A stretch of DNA of 39,685 nt from an uncultured Bacteroidales bacterium (lineage in GTDB: Bacteria; Bacteroidota; Bacteroidia; Bacteroidales; UBA4417). The notes under the pieces are model-generated. The model searched no databases, was not told the DNA's origin, and saw only the letters and a list, made by a program, of their open reading frames with translations. Location: assembly GCA_903917425.1 (NCBI GenBank), contig CAIXAQ010000601.1, forward strand, positions 1 to 39,685, written 5' to 3'. Made by a program: the position numbers and the translations under genes. Below, piece after piece: positions 7,785 through 18,155 of the stretch. The number at the start of each line of letters is the position of its first letter. Position 1 is the stretch's first letter.

Positions 7785-10494
7785 GATTCTGCGCCTGGTT
7801 AAGAAAAATCTGGTAATATTAATTTTTACTCCTGTTATACTATCCGCCCTGGTTTGGTACCTTACCCGCGTCCCGGTATATTCCTATTCATCCGAAACAA
7901 CTCTTTACACTGGGATTGCATCAGGATCGAGTGTTGAAATGGATAAAACTCTGAGCTTTTTTGCAACCAATACCGCATTCGATAACCTGATCAACGTTAT
8001 CAAATCGCGTGAAACCCAGCAGGAAGTTGCAATCCGGCTATTAGCGCAACATCTGATGCTGCCTAAATACGATACGCGCTATATTTCGAAGGATGCGTAT
8101 AACAAGTTGCAGAAAACCACACCTGCATATGTCAAGTCCCTGATTGTTAATTCGCATGGATCACACAGGGTTCAGTATAATAAAAAGCAAGCGGCAACAC
8201 CACAACCCATTTCCCCAAAGCCGCCGGCAAACTACAAACAAAACCAGACACATATAGTAAAAAGCAAGGAAACCCTTTTTTCTATTTCTCAACTGTACGG
8301 TTTAACAGTGGAAGAAATTACTGAAATGAACGAACTCAACGGGAACAATCTTGAGGTTGGGCAGGAACTTATTGTTGGTAAAATTTTTACTGCCAATACA
8401 GAAAACTCATCAGCTGATACAATTGTTGCATCGGAAAGCGACAGCATCTCTTCATTTTCTTTTTCGGATCTTAATTCATCGGATAACTCCATCACAATCC
8501 CGTCCTCCGTGAACCGGGAAGATTTTGAGGAAACTGTTAAAAACCTGGAAGTCTATATGGGCCGCAGTGATACAAATTATGTATATAAATTGCTGTATTT
8601 CAGTCATCCTCACTATTCAATCAAAGCTATTTCATCCGTAAATGTGCAGCGTATCGCGAGCAGCGACCTTGTAAAACTTAAATTCGATGCCGACGAACCC
8701 GGTATTTGCCAGCAGACCCTGGCATTGCTGACCGAGGTGTGCATTAAAAACTATAAGGCCATTAAGGAAAACCGATCAGATGCTGTTGTCAGATATTTTG
8801 AGTTCCAGCTCAAACAAGCTTCCGGCAGGTTGAAAGTGGGAGAAGATAAATTATTGAGTTTCAATGAAGACAATAACATTATTAACTACTACGAACAAAG
8901 TAAGGCCGTTGCCGTGGTAAAGGAAGACCTGGATGTAGACTATAACAACAAGCGAATAAAGTTAGCAGGAACAAAAGCTGCCATAAACCGGATTGAGGAA
9001 AAGTTAGGTACACAAAAACAAATACAACTTAAGAGTTCGGACATAATTGAAAAACGCAACCAGCTTAGCGATGTAAATACAAAAATTGCCGATGCTGAAA
9101 TTGTTGGTTTTGGCAAAACCCTTGACGATAAAGACTTGGTGGCGCTAAAGCAAACTTCCGAAAAACTGAAAGAGGAAATCAGCAACTCAGTAAACGAATT
9201 GTACAGCTATGGTAACACTACCAGCGGTCTCCCGATTAATTCGTTACTCACCGATTGGATTGCGAACGTAATTGAATATGAAGATACGAAGGCTGGCATT
9301 GAAGTACTTGGAGACCGTATCAGGGAATTTCAGAAACAATATGCCATTTATGCGCCTGCAGGGGCGAATCTGAAACGTATCGAACGCGAAATTTCAGTTT
9401 CGGAACAGGAATTTCTTGAAATTTTACATGGATTAAATCTGGCAAAATTAAAAATGCAGGATGCCGAATTATCTTCATCTATTAAAGCGGTCGATCCTCC
9501 ATTCTTCCCTTTATCCCCAAACCCTACCAAAACGAAAATTTTAATTCTTGTTGCCGGCCTGGTTGGTTTTCTAATAGTATTGATCAGCATCCTGGCAACC
9601 GAATATTTTGACGACACGCTTAAAAACCCTGAAAAGGCATCAAAAATCCTTAAGTTACAAACTATAGGCGTTTTTCCAAAAATTTTCCTCAACACCGGTT
9701 CAATCAATTTTCCCTTCGTCACGAACCGTTTGCTGGAAATGACACTGCAGCAGATTGACATGCTTACTGTAAATAAAAAAGACCCGAACGAACCACGGAC
9801 ATTGCTGTTTATGAGTTCCCTGAGTTCGGAAGGGAAAACTGTCAGTGCAGGAAACATTGCCTGGAAACTCAAAAAACAAGGCAAAAACGTTTTATTTCTT
9901 AACTTCTCCCGGGAATCGCTCCGCCAAACCGAAACCAGCCAGATAGGATATCCTGCTGACTCAAAACCAGTGCAGTCGGTAAGAAACATTTCAGAAGGAA
10001 GGTTCCAGTTTATCAGCCGTATGCTCGGCTATGGCGACAACAGGATTAATACCGCCAGCCCTTTTCTTCAAAAACCTGATAACTATCTCGATAATCTGGA
10101 GTATTTCGTTTACCAGGTAAACCACGACTACTTTTCGGCAGGCAACTATACGGATTTACTCGACCGGCAGTATATGTCATTATTGGATAAGCCTGATTAT
10201 GTGATAATCGAACTTCCTCCATTCCTGTATTATTCATACCCGATAAACCTGGTGGCTTCTGCGGATCTGGCAATTATACAATGCAGGGCAAACAGGGTCT
10301 GGACTGGGTCGGATCAGGGTGTATTGGATATATTGAAAAAAGTTACTTTGCACGAACCCGTGGTGCTGCTGAATGGCGTGGAGATACCCGTGTTGGAAAT
10401 TGTGTTGGGCGACTTGCCTAAAAAACGCAGCAAGTTACGGCGAATAGCTAAAAGTATTATTCGTATGCAGGCAGGTTCAAAACATAATGTTTAG
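7771..10494 (+). CDS. Wzc/GumC-like polysaccharide co-polymerase with a periplasmic LysM domain and a degenerate C-terminal P-loop (BY-kinase-like) domain
   Basis: 907 aa. TM1 spans about aa 14-32. A LysM-like segment covers aa 161-204 (HIVKSKETLFSISQLYGLTVEEITEMNELNGNNLEVGQELIVGK). Long coiled-coil region follows, then a proline-rich VDPPFFPLSPNP motif and TM2 (aa 588-610). The C-terminal domain keeps SSEGKT (Walker A-like), but the Walker A' position reads LFLNFS, Walker B reads VIIELPP, and there is no Tyr-rich tail. Confidence 0.85.
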   Translation: MKVIEILRLVKKNLVILIFTPVILSALVWYLTRVPVYSYSSETTLYTGIASGSSVEMDKTLSFFATNTAFDNLINVIKSRETQQEVAIRLLAQHLMLPKYDTRYISKDAYNKLQKTTPAYVKSLIVNSHGSHRVQYNKKQAATPQPISPKPPANYKQNQTHIVKSKETLFSISQLYGLTVEEITEMNELNGNNLEVGQELIVGKIFTANTENSSADTIVASESDSISSFSFSDLNSSDNSITIPSSVNREDFEETVKNLEVYMGRSDTNYVYKLLYFSHPHYSIKAISSVNVQRIASSDLVKLKFDADEPGICQQTLALLTEVCIKNYKAIKENRSDAVVRYFEFQLKQASGRLKVGEDKLLSFNEDNNIINYYEQSKAVAVVKEDLDVDYNNKRIKLAGTKAAINRIEEKLGTQKQIQLKSSDIIEKRNQLSDVNTKIADAEIVGFGKTLDDKDLVALKQTSEKLKEEISNSVNELYSYGNTTSGLPINSLLTDWIANVIEYEDTKAGIEVLGDRIREFQKQYAIYAPAGANLKRIEREISVSEQEFLEILHGLNLAKLKMQDAELSSSIKAVDPPFFPLSPNPTKTKILILVAGLVGFLIVLISILATEYFDDTLKNPEKASKILKLQTIGVFPKIFLNTGSINFPFVTNRLLEMTLQQIDMLTVNKKDPNEPRTLLFMSSLSSEGKTVSAGNIAWKLKKQGKNVLFLNFSRESLRQTETSQIGYPADSKPVQSVRNISEGRFQFISRMLGYGDNRINTASPFLQKPDNYLDNLEYFVYQVNHDYFSAGNYTDLLDRQYMSLLDKPDYVIIELPPFLYYSYPINLVASADLAIIQCRANRVWTGSDQGVLDILKKVTLHEPVVLLNGVEIPVLEIVLGDLPKKRSKLRRIAKSIIRMQAGSKHNV

Positions 10495-10502
10495 ATACTG
10501 GT

Positions 10503-11846
10503 ATGAAAAAAGCCCTTGGTAAAATAACCCGTGAAGCTAACTTCCTTTCGTTGGCAGGAAACCTCACGATTGCTTTTTTTGGCTTCGCAGGTTTTGCATT
10601 ATTGGCTCGTACTTTTCCTGTCGATATTTTTGGTCAGTGGGTTTTGTATATTTCTTCGGGTACTTTTATCGAAATGTTTCGTTTCGGGATTACCAATACA
10701 GCCATTATCCGCTACCTATCGGGTGTGGACAAAGACGACAGGATGAAATATGTGGGTTCGAACGGCCTGATCGGGCTTATAGCCACAACTTTTATAGCTA
10801 TTATTCTTTGGTCGTGCCACCTGCTATTCCCAATACCGATTAAAAATGCCGGGTACGAACTTTTTTTTACCTGGTATCCCCTGCTGGCTTTTGTAAATCT
10901 TCCGCTCAATACAGCCCTTGTGATTATGCAGGCTGATCAGAAGTTCGGAAAAATCCTGATGGTTAAATCAATTAACAGCGGAGGATTTTTCCTTGTGCTT
11001 TTACTCAACTACCTGTTTCTTGACATGTCGCTCATGCAATTGGTTTGGGCACAGTTAATAATAGTCCTGATAACTTCGGTAATCTGTGTGGCCAATGGCT
11101 GGGATGGATTGAGACATATCCGCAAAGCGACAAAGCGCACCAACAAAGTTCTGCTCGATTTTGGAAAATACACCACTTTCACCCTGATAGGCACTAACCT
11201 GCTACGAAGTGCCGATACGCTCATTATCAGCCTTAGCCCTATGGGGACAGCAGCTGTAGCTTTATACAGCATTCCTATGAAATTAACTGAGCTACAGCAA
11301 ATTCCGCTCCGGAGTTTTGTGGCAACCGCATTCCCTAAAATGTCGAAGGCAAGCATACAAGGCAAGATTGAAGAGGTGAAATCTATTTTTTATTCCTATT
11401 CGGGGGCCATGTCGTACCTGTTCATTTTCATCAGTCTTTTCACCCTGGTGTTTGCCGAGTTCTTTGTTTTGGTTTTAGGTGGCAAACAATACGTACATAC
11501 CGAGGCCGTGATGATTGTCCGCATATTTTCATTGTACGGATTGCTGCTCCCCATCGACCGAATGACGGGCGTCGGGCTCGACAGCATTAACAAACCCGAC
11601 AGGAATTTTATTAAAGTAATGATCATGGTTGTTGCCAATGTAATCGGCGACCTGATTGCGATTTTTGTCTTCAAATCATTGCCTATGGTTGCAGTAGCTT
11701 CCATACTTTTTACGGCCATAGGAATTTGGGTAGGATTTCGATTTTTAAACAGCGAACTTCACCTTTCACATAGGCTGGTTTTTACGGCAGGAATAGATTT
11801 CTATAAGGAAATGTATTATAAATTCAAGAAAAACTTACGTCGGTAA
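10503..11846 (+). CDS. Wzx-like oligosaccharide flippase (MOP/polysaccharide biosynthesis protein family)
   Basis: 447 aa. It is multi-spanning and hydrophobic throughout, with the size and topology typical of Wzx, and sits between the co-polymerase and the polymerase. Confidence 0.8.
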   Translation: MKKALGKITREANFLSLAGNLTIAFFGFAGFALLARTFPVDIFGQWVLYISSGTFIEMFRFGITNTAIIRYLSGVDKDDRMKYVGSNGLIGLIATTFIAIILWSCHLLFPIPIKNAGYELFFTWYPLLAFVNLPLNTALVIMQADQKFGKILMVKSINSGGFFLVLLLNYLFLDMSLMQLVWAQLIIVLITSVICVANGWDGLRHIRKATKRTNKVLLDFGKYTTFTLIGTNLLRSADTLIISLSPMGTAAVALYSIPMKLTELQQIPLRSFVATAFPKMSKASIQGKIEEVKSIFYSYSGAMSYLFIFISLFTLVFAEFFVLVLGGKQYVHTEAVMIVRIFSLYGLLLPIDRMTGVGLDSINKPDRNFIKVMIMVVANVIGDLIAIFVFKSLPMVAVASILFTAIGIWVGFRFLNSELHLSHRLVFTAGIDFYKEMYYKFKKNLRR

Positions 11847-11891
11847 ATTGAAGAAATACCATAACAGCATATATTCCTCGCTTTAAATATT

Positions 11892-13397
11892 ATGCTCAAT
11901 AAGTCAAATCCGTTCGAAACAGTTTCAGGCTCAGGTAAGTTGGGTACACCCAAGTACGTTGCCTTGCTTCTTGGCGTAACTGTAATTTCAGGATTACTTA
12001 TTGGTAAATCGGGGCTCATAGCAGGGATTGGCCTTGTGTTTCTTCCTTTCATCCTTATTTATTTCAATTATTTCTTCCGGTTTCCTGAAATTGGTTTATA
12101 CACAGCCATCGGTCTCGGATTCCTGATTTTAGGCCTGGGACGGTATATTAAAGGATTGCAGTTGGGCATGGCCATGGATGGCATCTTGTTTTTGACCTAT
12201 ATCGTATTAATATTCAATCGTTTCCGCGACAGGGTTGACTGGTCGCCAGCCAAAAAAGATGTTACCCTGTTGGCAGCCATCTGGTTTGCCTATTCCATTA
12301 TTGAAGTTGCCAATCCCGAGTCGCGCAGTGTGCCTGCATGGCTGGCCGGCATGCGTGGTATATCGTTGTATATGATGTTGATGATCCCGTTAACATTGCT
12401 CTTTTTTAATACCAACCGCAAAGTAGATACTTTTCTCACGCTTTGGGGCGTATTCTCATTACTTGCAACCTTTAAAGGCATTCTGCAAAATACAATAGGG
12501 GTCGATCCCTGGGAAAAAGCCTGGCTTGATGGAGGAGGTGCAATTACTCATATCCTATTCGGCAAACTCCGGATTTTTTCATTTTTCAGCGATGCAGGCC
12601 AGTTTGGTGCTAATCAGGGATATACAGGGGTCGTATTTATAATTATTTCGCTGGTTGAGAAAAGCAAACCCAGGAAAATATTTTTACTCCTCGTTGGGAT
12701 ATTAGGACTATACGGAATGTTACTTTCGGGTACGCGTGGCTCTATTAGTGTGCCTTTAGCCGGGTTTGCTCTCTATTTCATTCTCAAGAAGAATAAAACC
12801 GTCATGATTTCAGGATTTTTCATGATGATGTTAGTATTTGCATTTTTTAAATTCACGCTCATTGGCCAGGATAATCAACAGATACGCCGTATGCGTTCGG
12901 CTTTCGACCCTAACGACGCATCGCTCCAGGTAAGACTCGAGAACCAAAAGAAACTAAAAGTTTACCTGGCCACACGTCCTATGGGAGGCGGAATTGGCCA
13001 TGCTGGGGTTAAGGCGGCAAAATACCTTCCAAATGCCTATCTTTCGTCGGTTGCCACCGATAGCTGGTATGTCCTCATTTGGGCCGAGCAAGGAATCATC
13101 GGGTTGAGTCTGCATCTTTTTATCCTGTTTTATATTCTCATTAAGGCCTCGTACCTAATCATGTTCAGGATTCGCGACCCGATAGTTAAGATAAAAATGG
13201 CTGCTTTGGCATCAGGTATGTTTGGCGTAATGGTTGCGTCCTATGGAAATGCCGTTTTGGGCACTATGCCGACCGGTATGCTGATTTATGTATCAATGGC
13301 ATTGATGCTCAATTCCGATGTACTCGATGCCGATGCCCTGGCAAATCAGGAATTGGCTTCCGCTTCAATACCAGTAAATGCAGGCAAACCCAGTTGA
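11892..13397 (+). CDS. Wzy-like polymerase / O-antigen ligase family membrane protein
   Basis: 501 aa polytopic membrane protein. The central SGTRGS motif and following loop are typical of the O-antigen ligase (Wzy_C) family. Confidence 0.8.
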   Translation: MLNKSNPFETVSGSGKLGTPKYVALLLGVTVISGLLIGKSGLIAGIGLVFLPFILIYFNYFFRFPEIGLYTAIGLGFLILGLGRYIKGLQLGMAMDGILFLTYIVLIFNRFRDRVDWSPAKKDVTLLAAIWFAYSIIEVANPESRSVPAWLAGMRGISLYMMLMIPLTLLFFNTNRKVDTFLTLWGVFSLLATFKGILQNTIGVDPWEKAWLDGGGAITHILFGKLRIFSFFSDAGQFGANQGYTGVVFIIISLVEKSKPRKIFLLLVGILGLYGMLLSGTRGSISVPLAGFALYFILKKNKTVMISGFFMMMLVFAFFKFTLIGQDNQQIRRMRSAFDPNDASLQVRLENQKKLKVYLATRPMGGGIGHAGVKAAKYLPNAYLSSVATDSWYVLIWAEQGIIGLSLHLFILFYILIKASYLIMFRIRDPIVKIKMAALASGMFGVMVASYGNAVLGTMPTGMLIYVSMALMLNSDVLDADALANQELASASIPVNAGKPS

Positions 13398-13778
13398 AAT
13401 GTTTTTCGGATGTCGCGCTATTTCAGGTGGAGCCGTTTTTAGCAGCTGTAATCAGGCAGTAATTATTACTTGATTTATTTTCAGGAATAGGGATTTATGC
13501 TTTCATCTCATTGTGCTGATATTCTGAGTTTTGAAATTTTTAGAATTGAGGTTAAAGAAAAAATGACCAGGGTATTTTACCCGGGAAATTATTAATTAAA
13601 TTAACAGATAATAATAGGCATTCAGGATGATAAAATTTATTACTTTTAACTGTTTTATCAATAAACAATAAACATCTGTCGTTTTGCCTGTAAATTCAGT
13701 TTTTGTCTTTGTGCCTATTTCTGTTCAAGGCTGGCTTAATTTATCAGGAACTTCCGACTCCTACATTTTTTCAATAAT

Positions 13779-16700
13779 ATGACCATACGTAATAGGATTC
13801 TTCTTTTGTTTTCAGCAATTATTATACTTGTAGGAGCAGTGTTATTATTGTTTTTCAAATCGCAGAAAAAGCAAAATGATCTGATGCTCCTTTCCTCTGT
13901 CGGGCAACAGGTTGAATTGGTGAACACGGCTATCAATGTAAAATCCAGTCAGTTAAAACAAATACTTGATGACTACACCATTTGGGACGACTTGATTTAT
14001 AACATAAAAAAACCGGACCAAAACTGGGCAGTAAGTAATATTGGCACCAGTCTCGAATCCTTTAAACTGGGATCGGTTTCGGTTTACAACCTCAACAAAC
14101 AACTCGTGTATAATTTCGGCGATAAACCGGAAGACTTTTTTGCCGATGCAACCCAAAAGGACAGAGTGCTGAGCTATGTGCTGCAAAACGGGTTTATACA
14201 TTACTTTTATCATTCGCCGGCCGGCATAATTGAGATAGTTGCTTCAACCATTCATCCTACGCTCGACGTCACTCATTCCACTCCGGCCAACGGTGTATTT
14301 GTTATAAGCAAAAGCTGGGATAGCACATTCATACAGGATCTTTCCAGAAATACGTCCTGCAACATCAGCATTTGCCATATTCAAAAAAGTGAAACTTCGT
14401 TCCGCATGGAAAACGATTCACTTATTGTATACAAACCACTTTTGGATGAAGCCGCGAACGAAACTATAGTACTGGCTTTCGAGAAATCAAATACAGCTTT
14501 ATCGAATTTCAATCGCACCAATCGTTTCGTATTTATTTTTCTTTGTATTTTTCTTACCATTGTTGTTTTAAGTTTCTTTCTTGTATTGTACAAATGGGTG
14601 CGCAAACCACTGATCATCATATCCGAAAGCTTACGCGACGGAGATGATTCCCAATTAAATATCCTCGAAAGGAACAAAGATGAATTCAGCCAGGTAGCGC
14701 ACCTGATCCGGGTTTTCAACCAACAGAAGATAGAACTTGAACAAGAAAACACTGAACGCCGTCTTGGCGAATCACAATTGCTTCGGCAAAGCAACATGCT
14801 CAGGGGATTAACCGAAGCTTCCAACCAGTTGCTGACAGGTGAAAACCCTGACACATCAATAAGCAAAGCACTTAAAGTAATCGGGGAGATTTCACAGATC
14901 GACCGGATTTTTGTTTTCAAAAACGAATCCGATAAAACAACCGGCATCCGCAAGGTAAAGAGTGTTTACCAGTGGATTGCACCCGAAATATCCGATAAAA
15001 TAAATCCCGCTGAAGCAGAAGAATTTATTTATCACCACGACGAAAATGCCTGGTATGCCAACTTACTCAGGCACAAACCAATAAACGCCCAAACTTCCGG
15101 ATTTACAGGTAATATGAAGGTGGTCCTTGAAAGGCAAATGATCAGGTCCTTCCTCGTTGTCCCGATCATTGATATTGAAGATGAGTCGTTTTGGGGGCTG
15201 GTAGGCTTTGCCGATTGCAAAACCGAACATCATTGGACGGCAAGCGAGGAAAGCACACTGAATATGTTGGCCAACAATGTGCGCAATTCAATACGCCGTT
15301 TCGAAGCCCAGGAAAACCTCCTGGAAGCCATGAAACGGGCACAAGCCGCCGACAGGGCAAAATCGGAGTTTCTGGCTTCGATGAGCCACGAAATACGAAC
15401 CCCCATGAACGGTGTTTTTGGTATGACCAGCATACTGCTGCATACCGACCTCACCCCTCTACAACGTGAATATATTGAGATAATAGAAACATCCGGCGAT
15501 AATTTATTAAATATTATTAACGAAATTCTCGATTTCTCCAAGATAGAATCGGGACATATGGAATTGGAAAACAATGCCTTCGATATCAGGCGCTGCATCG
15601 AGGACGTACTCGACTTATCCGCACCCAAAGCACTCGAGAAACGCCTCGAAATCATGTATCTTATTGATCCTGATGTGAGTAGATTTATTATTGGCGACGG
15701 ATTCCGTTTACGACAGATATTGGTAAACCTGATCGGCAATTCAATCAAATTTACGCAGAGTGGTGAAATTTATATACATTTAGGGGTAGCAAACAAAACC
15801 GGAGAGAGTGTAACACTCGAGTTTTCAATTAAAGACACCGGTATCGGAATACCTCAAAATAAATTAGCTACCATTTTTACGCCTTTTACCCAGGCGGATG
15901 CCACCACAACCCGTAAATACGGAGGTACAGGGCTGGGCCTGGCCATTACCAGCAACCTGATAAAACTAATGAAGGGAAAAATTTGGGTCGAAAGTATTGA
16001 AGGACAAGGATCTGATTTCCGGTTTACGATTAAAACACAATACACAACCGCGCTCAATGAAGCAGACTCCGAAGACAATTCTTTGAAAACATTACCCGGT
16101 AAAAGTGTACTTATTGTTGACGATAATCCAACCAACCGAAAAATATTGCAGATTCAGTGCGAATTCTGGGGGATGAAAAGCGTTACTGCCGAATCGGGTA
16201 AAACGGCACTTGAATTGTTGAGTGCGGGCAACACATTCGACATTGGCATTTTAGACATGCAGATGCCGGAAATGGATGGCATTATGCTCGCCCGTGAGAT
16301 GCGGAAAACCTTAAACAAGAGTGTTTTGCCTTTAATAATGCTAACTTCAATAGGCTACAATTTTCAAAAAGATGAAATGCACAACCTGTTTGCTTATTAT
16401 GTGAACAAACCTATAAAACACTCGCAGTTGTCCGAAATCCTGTCGAAAGCCCTATCGCCAGCCCCATTAAATACATCCAATTCACTTTCAGCCGATTCGG
16501 ATTTGGGATATCTTGCCAAAAAATATCCGTTCGAGATACTGGTTGCTGAAGATAATGTTATAAACCAAAAGATGATCAAGAATGTGTTGAAACTTTTCGG
16601 CTATACGGCCGATATCGTTGCAAATGGTCTGGAGGTGATAGAAGCGTTGAAAAGACAGCGTTACGAGTTGATATTGATGGATATCCAAATGCCCGAAATG

Positions 16701-16922
16701 GATGGTTATGAAGCAACCAGAATCATAGTGAATCATTTGAAAGAAGAAAGGCCTATTATAATTGCTATGACAGCAAATGCCATGAAGAGCGATAAGGATA
16801 AATGCATGGAAGTAGGTATGGATGATTATATTACAAAACCTCTTAAAGTTGCAGATTTAAAAAACGTATTCGAATACTGGGGCGAAAAACACAAGTCAAA
16901 CACTGTCGTGAGTGGCCGGTAA
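13779..16922 (+). CDS. Hybrid sensor histidine kinase (CHASE4-like periplasmic domain, TM, coiled coil, GAF, HisKA, HATPase_c, two receiver domains)
   Basis: 1047 aa. TM1 is LLLFSAIIILVGAVLLLFF. A DDYTIWDDLIY motif is CHASE4-like. TM2 is FVFIFLCIFLTIVVLSFFLVLY. The H-box is FLASMSHEIRTPMNGV (His537, codon 15387-15389). N and G boxes are present (NLIGNSIKFT, DTGIGI, GGTGLGLAI). REC1 acceptor Asp826 is in ILDMQMPEMDG and REC2 acceptor Asp968 is in LMDIQMPEMDG. No Hpt domain is present. Confidence 0.92.
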   Translation: MTIRNRILLLFSAIIILVGAVLLLFFKSQKKQNDLMLLSSVGQQVELVNTAINVKSSQLKQILDDYTIWDDLIYNIKKPDQNWAVSNIGTSLESFKLGSVSVYNLNKQLVYNFGDKPEDFFADATQKDRVLSYVLQNGFIHYFYHSPAGIIEIVASTIHPTLDVTHSTPANGVFVISKSWDSTFIQDLSRNTSCNISICHIQKSETSFRMENDSLIVYKPLLDEAANETIVLAFEKSNTALSNFNRTNRFVFIFLCIFLTIVVLSFFLVLYKWVRKPLIIISESLRDGDDSQLNILERNKDEFSQVAHLIRVFNQQKIELEQENTERRLGESQLLRQSNMLRGLTEASNQLLTGENPDTSISKALKVIGEISQIDRIFVFKNESDKTTGIRKVKSVYQWIAPEISDKINPAEAEEFIYHHDENAWYANLLRHKPINAQTSGFTGNMKVVLERQMIRSFLVVPIIDIEDESFWGLVGFADCKTEHHWTASEESTLNMLANNVRNSIRRFEAQENLLEAMKRAQAADRAKSEFLASMSHEIRTPMNGVFGMTSILLHTDLTPLQREYIEIIETSGDNLLNIINEILDFSKIESGHMELENNAFDIRRCIEDVLDLSAPKALEKRLEIMYLIDPDVSRFIIGDGFRLRQILVNLIGNSIKFTQSGEIYIHLGVANKTGESVTLEFSIKDTGIGIPQNKLATIFTPFTQADATTTRKYGGTGLGLAITSNLIKLMKGKIWVESIEGQGSDFRFTIKTQYTTALNEADSEDNSLKTLPGKSVLIVDDNPTNRKILQIQCEFWGMKSVTAESGKTALELLSAGNTFDIGILDMQMPEMDGIMLAREMRKTLNKSVLPLIMLTSIGYNFQKDEMHNLFAYYVNKPIKHSQLSEILSKALSPAPLNTSNSLSADSDLGYLAKKYPFEILVAEDNVINQKMIKNVLKLFGYTADIVANGLEVIEALKRQRYELILMDIQMPEMDGYEATRIIVNHLKEERPIIIAMTANAMKSDKDKCMEVGMDDYITKPLKVADLKNVFEYWGEKHKSNTVVSGR

Positions 16923-17008
16923 TTTGGCATAAACTTCAGAACCACTGATAAATCGGGTGCTTTTTACAACAAAATAAAAACTAAATCAATTATAAAAAAA
17001 ACTAAAAA

Positions 17009-18040
17009 ATGGGAAGTAAAAAAATACTGGTTACCGGGGGCACAGGTTTCATTGGGTCGCATACCGTTGTGGAACTTCAACAGCATGGGTACGATGTCGT
17101 AATAGTTGATAACCTCTCAAATTCAACCATTGAAGTTTTGGATAATATTGCAAAAATATCGGGAGTCATGCCTGCTTTTGAGCAATTTGATCTTGCCGAT
17201 GCAAAACTTACCAATGATTTTTTACAACGTCATTCCGATATTGACGGCATTATTCATTTCGCGGCGTTTAAAGCTGTCGGCGAATCGATGAGCAAACCCT
17301 TGCATTATTACCGCAACAATGTACAATCGCTTATCAACCTGCTGGAAGGCATGAAAAATAACGAAATTACCAATCTTGTATTTTCATCTTCCTGCACCGT
17401 ATACGGTCAGCCCGACGAGTTGCCGGTTACCGAAAAAGCTCCTATAAAACCCGCCTGGTCGCCATATGGAAATACAAAACAAATGTGCGAGGATATTCTG
17501 AAGTTTACCACTCTGGCACATCCCATCCATGCCATCGCACTCAGGTATTTTAACCCCATCGGAGCCCACCACACCTCATTAATCGGAGAACTGCCTTTGG
17601 GAGTGCCGAATAATCTTGTGCCTTTTATTACTCAGACTGCCATTGGCCAGCGCGCCTGCCTCAGTGTGTTTGGCGACGATTACAGCACTCCCGACGGAAC
17701 TGCAGTGCGCGATTATATTCATGTGGTTGATATTGCCAAAGCTCACGTAGTGGCAGTGGAACGCATGCTTAACGGCAAATGCAAACTCGATCTCGAAATA
17801 TTCAACCTCGGCACCGGTATAGGATATTCGGTTATGGATGTTATAAATTCGTTCGAGAAAGTAAGCGGCGAGAAACTCAACTATAAAATTGTACCGCGCC
17901 GGCCGGGAGATGTCGAAATGGTGTGGGCCGATACCCGTTTTGCCAACGAAGAATTAGGCTGGAAAGCCGAAAAAAATGTGGACGAAATGATGCTTTCATC
18001 CTGGAACTGGGAAAAAGCACTTGCAGCTAAACAAAAATAA
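17009..18040 (+). CDS. galE: UDP-glucose 4-epimerase
   Basis: 343 aa. It is collinear with E. coli GalE as I recall it: VTGGTGFIGSH, FAAFKAVGES, SSSCTVYG, SPYGNTK, RYFNPIGAH, VRDYIHV. Confidence 0.92.
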   Translation: MGSKKILVTGGTGFIGSHTVVELQQHGYDVVIVDNLSNSTIEVLDNIAKISGVMPAFEQFDLADAKLTNDFLQRHSDIDGIIHFAAFKAVGESMSKPLHYYRNNVQSLINLLEGMKNNEITNLVFSSSCTVYGQPDELPVTEKAPIKPAWSPYGNTKQMCEDILKFTTLAHPIHAIALRYFNPIGAHHTSLIGELPLGVPNNLVPFITQTAIGQRACLSVFGDDYSTPDGTAVRDYIHVVDIAKAHVVAVERMLNGKCKLDLEIFNLGTGIGYSVMDVINSFEKVSGEKLNYKIVPRRPGDVEMVWADTRFANEELGWKAEKNVDEMMLSSWNWEKALAAKQK

Positions 18041-18155
18041 CTTTATCATATAAACTTATAGCTTCCTCCCCGGGCTGGCGAATGAAACATTGAGACTAAT
18101 TTTTTCGATAAACAAATTAAAATCAGCACTATAAAAACAATAAATTAAAATCAGT

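Noticed and set aside
9348-9989. 213-aa minus-strand ORF inside the co-polymerase gene (and similar antisense ORFs at 14381-14953, 15230-15748, 36381-36893, 26837-27349)
   Set aside because: All are antisense to genes with strong motif support and have Ser/Arg/Phe-rich, motif-free translations. They are shadow ORFs.
18114-18154. Two AAATTAAAATCAG 13-mers just upstream of rfbB
   Set aside because: They are exact direct repeats but made almost entirely of A/T in an AT-rich spacer. Chance occurrence is plausible and no function can be argued.
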